Below are positions 51,993 to 57,404 of a DNA stretch of 57,404 bases, in pieces (position 1 is the first letter of the stretch; every line of letters starts with the position of its first letter). Location: positions 19,349-76,752 of the forward strand of contig DFGM01000105.1 of the NCBI GenBank assembly GCA_002371755.1. Direction: 5' to 3'. The notes beneath the pieces are model-generated. The model worked only from the letters and a program-made list of their open reading frames with translations, did no database searches and was not told where the DNA came from. The DNA comes from Verrucomicrobia bacterium UBA3750. GTDB taxonomy: Bacteria; Verrucomicrobiota; Kiritimatiellia; RFP12; UBA1067. Position numbers and translations under genes: made by a program.

Positions 51993-54452
51993 ATGAAGTT
52001 CACGAAAAACGCTACAGACGTGTTGAATGGTGCGATGAGCTGCGCAAAGCAACTCGGGCACGACCATGTGGGCACGGAACACATATTCATGGCGATGCTG
52101 GTGCTGCCGGAATGCCAGGGGGCGAAGCGGCTCGTAAAGCTCGGGCATTCGCTCAAAGAATTGTACGAGACGATGCGTATGATGGTGTCTGGCGATTCTG
52201 CGCCGCTCATGCAGCGCGGGGAGCTGCCGCTTTCGGTGCGTACGCGCAAGGTGCTTGAGATTGCGGCGGCGGAGGCGGGCAAGGATGCACCCGTCGGCAC
52301 GGAGCATCTGCTTATCGCGATTCTGCGCGAGGGCGAAAACGCGGCCGCGCAGCTCATGTTCAACGCGGGCATCGGCGTGAAGGATGTAATCGCGGCCGGC
52401 GCACAGACTTCTTCCGGCCCGGCGGACGGGAAGGGCCAGCCCGCCGATTCCCAGGAAGGCGAAGGCGAGGATGAAGAGGGCGAGGAAGATTCCGACGATC
52501 AGAAGGAATCGGATACGCCGATGGTCAATTCTTTCGGCAGAGACTTGACCGCGCTCGCGCGCGACGGCAAGCTCGACCCGATAATCGGGCGCGACAAGGA
52601 ACTCAGGCGCGTCATGCAGATCCTCTCGCGCCGCACCAAGAACAATGCCGTATTGATAGGCGAGGCGGGCGTGGGCAAAACCGCGATAGCCGAGGGGCTC
52701 GCATTGCAGATCGCCTCCGGCAACGTGCCGGAGCGCATGATGAAGAAACGCGTCGTCGCGCTCGATATGGCGCGGGTCGTGGCGGGCACGCAATACCGCG
52801 GCCAGTTCGAAGAGCGCCTCAAAAGAATAATCGACGAGACGAAGAGGGCGGGCAACATAATTCTCTTCCTCGACGAAATCCACACGATGGTAGGCGCAGG
52901 CGGAGCCGAGGGCGCGATGGATGCGGCCAATATCCTCAAGCCTGCCCTCGCAAGAGGCGAACTCCAGTGCGTGGGCGCCACCACCATGCGCGAATACCAC
53001 AAGTCCATAGAACGCGATGCCGCGCTTGAACGGCGTTTCCAGTCCGTGCAGGTGGACGAGCCGGGCATTGCCGACACTGTGGACGTCCTAAAGGGAATCG
53101 CCCCCAAATACGAAGAACACCATTCCGTGAAGTTCTCGGAGAAGGCGCTTCGGGCCGCAGTGGAGCTTACGGCCCGCTATCTTCCCGCGCGCCAGCTCCC
53201 GGACAAGGCGATAGACGCGATAGACGAGACGGGTTCGCGCCTGCGAATGGCCGCAAGCGCGCGCCCCAAACATCTCGTCAAGCTCCAGCAGGCGCTCGAC
53301 GATTTGCGCGCGAACAAGGATGCGGCTGTCGCGGCAAACGATTTCGACGAAGCCTCGCGCTTCCGCGAGAAACTGAGAAAGAAAGGCGAGGAGTTCGCGG
53401 ACGCGCTCAAGGCCTGGAAGGAGAAGAACGAAGAGGACGTAATCGACGTTACGCCAGACGATATTGCCGCAACTGTGAGCTCGATGAGCGGTGTGCCGCT
53501 CGACAAGATGAATGCCACCACGGCTGAAAAGCTCCTCGGCATGGAGAAGTCTCTCGGCGAAGTGGTAATCGGGCAGGACGAAGCCATCAAGGCGGTAGCG
53601 CGTGCGCTGAGGCGTTCCCGCGCCCTCCTTTCCGACCCGAAGCGCCCGATAGGCTCTTTCCTCTTTCTCGGCCCCACAGGCGTCGGGAAGACGTATCTTG
53701 CCAAGATGCTGGCCGACAGGGTGTATGGCGACGAGAAGGCGCTCATACGTCTGGATATGTCCGAATACCAGGAGAAGTATTCAGCCTCGCGTCTTGTCGG
53801 GGCGCCGCCCGGATACGTCGGATACGATGAAGGCGGCCAGCTCACCGAGAAGGTGCGCCGCCGCCCCTATTCCGTCATACTTTTCGACGAGTTCGAAAAG
53901 GCCAATGCGGATATCTGCAACATGCTTTTGCAGATACTCGACGACGGACGCCTCACCGACGGACAGGGCCGCGCAATAGACTTCCGCAACACCATCATCA
54001 TCTGCACGGCCAATCTCGGCTTCGACTTCGCTCGCGAGGGACGCAAACTCGGCTTCTCCACGGAGGATGCCTCGACCAGCCACGAGGCGCTCAAGGAAAA
54101 ACTTCTCTCCGAATGCAAGCGCACGTTCCGTCCAGAACTGCTCAACCGTTTCGACGAGATGGTCGTTTTCAGGAAACTCGGGCGCGAACAGATCGGCTCC
54201 ATCCTGAAGCTGGAGCTTTCTCGTCTCTCGGAACGGCTCAAGAACACCGGCATCTCGTTGACGCTCGAAAAGGATGCGGAAGACTTCCTCGCGGAAAAGG
54301 GTCTTGATACGGCGCTCGGCGCACGCCCGCTGAGGCGCGTCATACAGGACTATGTGGAAGATCCTCTCGCCGAGCTCGTCCTCGCCGGGAAAACAAAACG
54401 CAGAATGCGCGTGAAACTCGCAAAGGACGGCAAGACGCTTTCGATAGAGTGA
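51993..54452 (+). CDS. clpC: ATP-dependent Clp protease ATP-binding subunit, ClpC type
   Basis: Double Clp_N repeat. AAA-1 GEAGVGKTAI and AAA-2 GPTGVGKTYLAK. UVR-like linker FDEASRFREKLRKKGEEF. 819 aa. Confidence 0.9.
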   Translation: MKFTKNATDVLNGAMSCAKQLGHDHVGTEHIFMAMLVLPECQGAKRLVKLGHSLKELYETMRMMVSGDSAPLMQRGELPLSVRTRKVLEIAAAEAGKDAPVGTEHLLIAILREGENAAAQLMFNAGIGVKDVIAAGAQTSSGPADGKGQPADSQEGEGEDEEGEEDSDDQKESDTPMVNSFGRDLTALARDGKLDPIIGRDKELRRVMQILSRRTKNNAVLIGEAGVGKTAIAEGLALQIASGNVPERMMKKRVVALDMARVVAGTQYRGQFEERLKRIIDETKRAGNIILFLDEIHTMVGAGGAEGAMDAANILKPALARGELQCVGATTMREYHKSIERDAALERRFQSVQVDEPGIADTVDVLKGIAPKYEEHHSVKFSEKALRAAVELTARYLPARQLPDKAIDAIDETGSRLRMAASARPKHLVKLQQALDDLRANKDAAVAANDFDEASRFREKLRKKGEEFADALKAWKEKNEEDVIDVTPDDIAATVSSMSGVPLDKMNATTAEKLLGMEKSLGEVVIGQDEAIKAVARALRRSRALLSDPKRPIGSFLFLGPTGVGKTYLAKMLADRVYGDEKALIRLDMSEYQEKYSASRLVGAPPGYVGYDEGGQLTEKVRRRPYSVILFDEFEKANADICNMLLQILDDGRLTDGQGRAIDFRNTIIICTANLGFDFAREGRKLGFSTEDASTSHEALKEKLLSECKRTFRPELLNRFDEMVVFRKLGREQIGSILKLELSRLSERLKNTGISLTLEKDAEDFLAEKGLDTALGARPLRRVIQDYVEDPLAELVLAGKTKRRMRVKLAKDGKTLSIE

Positions 54453-54509
54453 GCCCCCGCCCCCGATGCCACACGCTCTTATATATATTAAAGGAAAGGA
54501 AAAACAGCA

Positions 54510-55514
54510 ATGCTTACATGGATGGATAGTCTCAAGGGTCGCTCGTTGATGCGGCTCACCTCCTTTACGGACGAGGAAATGCTCGACCTCGTCAATCTTG
54601 CAGTCCAGCTCAAGGCGCGCCGCAAGGCCGGCGTGCGCGGCGACCTTTTGCATCGCAAGAATATCGCCCTTATCTTCGAGAAATCCTCCACCAGGACGCG
54701 AAACTCCTCTATTATCGCCGCGCGCGACGAGGGCGGCGGAGCCGAATATCTCACCCGTCCCGATATCCACTTCGGCAAGAAAGAAAGCGTCAAGGATACC
54801 GCACGCGTCCTCGGCCGTATCTACGACGGCATCCTCTTCCGCGGCTTCGCCCAGAAAACATGCGAAGAACTGGCCGAATTCTCGGGCGTGCCGGTCTGGA
54901 ACGGTCTTACCGACGATTATCACCCCACCCAGATTCTTGCCGACCTCCTTACCGTGCAGGAGACGTTCGGTTCGCTCAAGGATTGCACTATCGCCTATGT
55001 GGGCGACGGCCGCAACAATGTGGCGAATTCGCTGATGATGGGCTGCGCCAAGGCCGGCATCAGATATATCTGCTGCTCCCCGCGCAGCCTCTGGCCGGAT
55101 GAGTCCATACTCGCCGAAGCAGAGGAGGTCGCCAAGAAGAACGGTGTCGATATCCGCGTCTTCGAAGATCCCGTGAAGGGTGTGAAGGGCGCCAATGTGC
55201 TCTATACCGACGTCTGGGTGTCCATGGGTGAGGAGGCGAAGACCGCAGAACGCATCGCGCTCTTGAGACCCTACCAGATCAATATGCCGCTTATGGAAGC
55301 GACCGGCAACCTGAACGGCAAGCTCATGTTCCTCCATTGCCTGCCGGCCTTCCACGACTTCAACACCGAAGTCACGAAGACGAGCGGCGCTTTGGAGGTG
55401 ACAGACGAAGTGTTCGAATCGAAATACAGCAAGGTGTTCGACGAATCCGAGAACCGCATGCATACGATAAAGGCTCTCTTCGTTTCCGCGCTCTGCGACA
55501 GAAAGACGGTGTAA
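54510..55514 (+). CDS. argF: ornithine carbamoyltransferase
   Basis: FEKSSTRTR, HPTQ, DVWVSMG and HCLPAFH motifs. Confidence 0.85.
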   Translation: MLTWMDSLKGRSLMRLTSFTDEEMLDLVNLAVQLKARRKAGVRGDLLHRKNIALIFEKSSTRTRNSSIIAARDEGGGAEYLTRPDIHFGKKESVKDTARVLGRIYDGILFRGFAQKTCEELAEFSGVPVWNGLTDDYHPTQILADLLTVQETFGSLKDCTIAYVGDGRNNVANSLMMGCAKAGIRYICCSPRSLWPDESILAEAEEVAKKNGVDIRVFEDPVKGVKGANVLYTDVWVSMGEEAKTAERIALLRPYQINMPLMEATGNLNGKLMFLHCLPAFHDFNTEVTKTSGALEVTDEVFESKYSKVFDESENRMHTIKALFVSALCDRKTV

Positions 55515-55515
55515 T

Positions 55516-57369
55516 ATGGTAGAAGAACAGAATCGTTTCCCGGATTGGGACGCATTTACCCCAAAGTTCGCCTCAAGCGAACTCGAACGACTGCTCGAGG
55601 TTTCCGAAAAGGATGTGGCGGCTGTCGAAAACGCCGAAAACGCCTCATACGAGGAGCTTGTGTGGAGGCTTGACGATGCGACGCGCGATCTTTGGCGCGT
55701 CTGGGGACGCGTGGAGCACATGCTCAGCGTGATGAACAGCGATGCATGGCGCGAGTTGGAAGAGAAGTTCATGCCGAAAGTCGTCGCGTTCTCTCTGCGT
55801 GTCGGGCAGTCGAAGAAGCTTTACGAAGACGCCAAGCGCCTCGCCGCCGCAGAAACCGATGCTACCAGAAAGCGCATATTGGAAAAGATGGCGCAGAGTG
55901 CGGAACTTGCCGGCGTCGCCCTCGAAGGCGCAAAGAAGGAGCGCTTCAACGCAATCCAAGCCGAACTCGCCAAACTCTCCACCGACTTCTCGAACGCAGT
56001 CCTCGACGCGACAAAGGCGTTCAAGCTGGAAAAGGACGGCAAGACCTACACTATCGACGATGCCGAGTATCCTGTCACGATGAAGCACTGCGCAGATCGC
56101 GAAGTGCGCGAGAAACTTTACCGCGCCCGCGCAACGAGGGCGCCGGAAAATACGCCCCGTATCGACGAGATTCTTCGCCTCAGGAGCGAAATGGCCGATA
56201 TCCTCGGCTTCGAGGATTATGCCGCACTTTCGCTTGCGACAAAATGTGCACCCGGCGTCAAGGCCGTGAAGGAAATGTTCGATAAACTCGATTCCGCCAC
56301 GAAGGACGCGGCCGATAAGGAAGATGCCGAGCTGGGCGAGGGGCTTGAGCCGTGGGACAGGGCCTTCTACGCCGAACGCCTCCGCGAAAAGAAGTATTCC
56401 TATTCGGAAGAGGAGCTGAAGAAGTATTTCGAGTTCGAAACCACCCTTGCCGGACTCTTCCGCATGGCAAAGTTCCTCTTTGGCGTGGATGTGAGGGAGA
56501 TGAAGGGGGCGGAGCGCCCGAGCGTGTGGCATGAGGACGTGCGCTTTTTTGAAGTTTCCGAAGGCGGCAAGGCGGTGGCGCACTTCTATGTGGATCCGTA
56601 TGTTCGCAACGGTCTCAAGCGCGGCGGCGCATGGATGAACGAGTTCCGCAACAGGAGCGCACGGGGCGCAACGCCTCTCGCGCTGCTCGTCCTAAATCTG
56701 CCCGAACGCGATGCAAAAGGCAAATGCTATATGCCGTGGCGAGAGGTGGAGACTCTCTTCCACGAGTTCGGCCACTCTTTGCAGTGCATGCTCACTCGTG
56801 TGGACGAAGAGGATGCCGCCGGCATAAACCTCGTTGAATGGGACGCGGTGGAAGTCGCCTCCCAGTTTATGGAGAATTGGTGCCTTGACGACAGGACTCT
56901 CATCCCGGTTCCCGAGGATATGAAGGCAAAGGTGCGTGCCGCCAAGACCTTCCGGGCCGCCAGCGCCTGCCGCCGGCAGCTCGCGCTCGCCAGCATCGAC
57001 ATGGCTCTGCATGAGAAGGAATCCGCTCAAAAAGGCTCTCCCGACGCGCAAAAAGCCGCAATATGGCAGCATTTCGGCATGCCGCTCATCGAAGGCGACA
57101 TCTTCCTCAACTCCTTTACCCATATCTTCGCCGGCGGCTATGCCGCAGGCTACTACGGCTACAAGTGGTCCGAGGTCATGAGCGCCGATTGCTATGGCGC
57201 TTTTGAAGAAGCGGGGTTGGAAAATGATGCGGCTATCCAAGCGGTTGGGCAGAGGTATCGCGATACCATTCTCGCCCTTGGCGGCTCCAAGAGCGCATTC
57301 GACGTGTTCCGCCTCTTTCGCTCGCGTCCACCCGAAGTCGCCGCCCTCCTCCGTCAGATGGGGCTATGA
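55516..57369 (+). CDS. M3-family oligopeptidase (oligopeptidase A-like)
   Basis: HEFGH zinc motif in LFHEFGHSLQ. 617 aa with M3 family-like sequence throughout. Confidence 0.85.
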   Translation: MVEEQNRFPDWDAFTPKFASSELERLLEVSEKDVAAVENAENASYEELVWRLDDATRDLWRVWGRVEHMLSVMNSDAWRELEEKFMPKVVAFSLRVGQSKKLYEDAKRLAAAETDATRKRILEKMAQSAELAGVALEGAKKERFNAIQAELAKLSTDFSNAVLDATKAFKLEKDGKTYTIDDAEYPVTMKHCADREVREKLYRARATRAPENTPRIDEILRLRSEMADILGFEDYAALSLATKCAPGVKAVKEMFDKLDSATKDAADKEDAELGEGLEPWDRAFYAERLREKKYSYSEEELKKYFEFETTLAGLFRMAKFLFGVDVREMKGAERPSVWHEDVRFFEVSEGGKAVAHFYVDPYVRNGLKRGGAWMNEFRNRSARGATPLALLVLNLPERDAKGKCYMPWREVETLFHEFGHSLQCMLTRVDEEDAAGINLVEWDAVEVASQFMENWCLDDRTLIPVPEDMKAKVRAAKTFRAASACRRQLALASIDMALHEKESAQKGSPDAQKAAIWQHFGMPLIEGDIFLNSFTHIFAGGYAAGYYGYKWSEVMSADCYGAFEEAGLENDAAIQAVGQRYRDTILALGGSKSAFDVFRLFRSRPPEVAALLRQMGL

Positions 57370-57381
57370 GTCCCGCCCCGC

Positions 57382-57404
57382 GGTAGGGCGGCGAGACCCC
57401 TCGC
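57382..57404 (+). repeat. REP-like element (variant arm), truncated by the window end
   Basis: GGTAGGGCGGCGAGACCCCTCGC has the same frame as GGTAGGGCGGGCAGACCCCTGCCCGCC, but its stem bases are swapped in a compensatory way. Confidence 0.7.

Noticed and set aside
55503-55520. GTAATATGGTAGAAG, which resembles the promoter motif, at the argF/oligopeptidase junction.
   Set aside because: The ATATGG here contains the argF TAA stop and the oligopeptidase ATG. The -10 position reads TAGAAG, which is a poor match. It is probably coincidental.

Overview
This is a GC-rich bacterial chromosomal segment with about 50 protein genes and one tRNA. Gene content hints at the PVC superphylum (Lentisphaerota, Verrucomicrobiota or Kiritimatiellota), but that is inference only. 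Positions 1-12.5 kb form a minus-strand block: nagB (partial), a rodZ-like gene, ftsK, a 61-aa CdaR remnant, cdaA, ftsH, a fused solute-binding-protein/permease gene, a DJ-1 gene, an RRM protein and rpoD. From 12.6 kb on, almost everything is plus-strand housekeeping: rnfE-like, nrdR, pyrH, frr, an ABC-2 exporter, nagA, tRNA-Ser, GH20, ribBA, a lone V-ATPase B subunit, proC, nadD, GH16, ychF, thrC, rdgB, clpC, argF and an M3 oligopeptidase. The accessory-looking core lies at 33.9-49.8 kb. It holds REP-like hairpin clusters in inverted orientation. It holds a seven-unit 22-bp tandem array with a palindromic core and its own promoter firing into it. It holds a 2054-aa secreted PATR/beta-helix giant protein and a RAYT-like HUH transposase whose ORF reads through REP copies. 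It also holds a near-leaderless operon encoding a GspL/PilMN-like protein, a PilO/GspM-like protein and a secretin with a long charged tail. That operon is stop/start-coupled to a nucleotidyltransferase plus an unknown small gene, a TolA-like coiled-coil protein and ychF. Window-wide regularities are a conserved extended -10 promoter motif (GGAATATGnTATAAT), several genes whose start codon lies only 7-12 nt after the -10 box, and many 4-nt ATGA/GTGA stop/start overlaps. All calls come from reading motifs in the supplied translations and DNA; no database search was possible. The ORF track renders GTG/TTG starts as M and often over-extends N-termini, so I re-set several starts.
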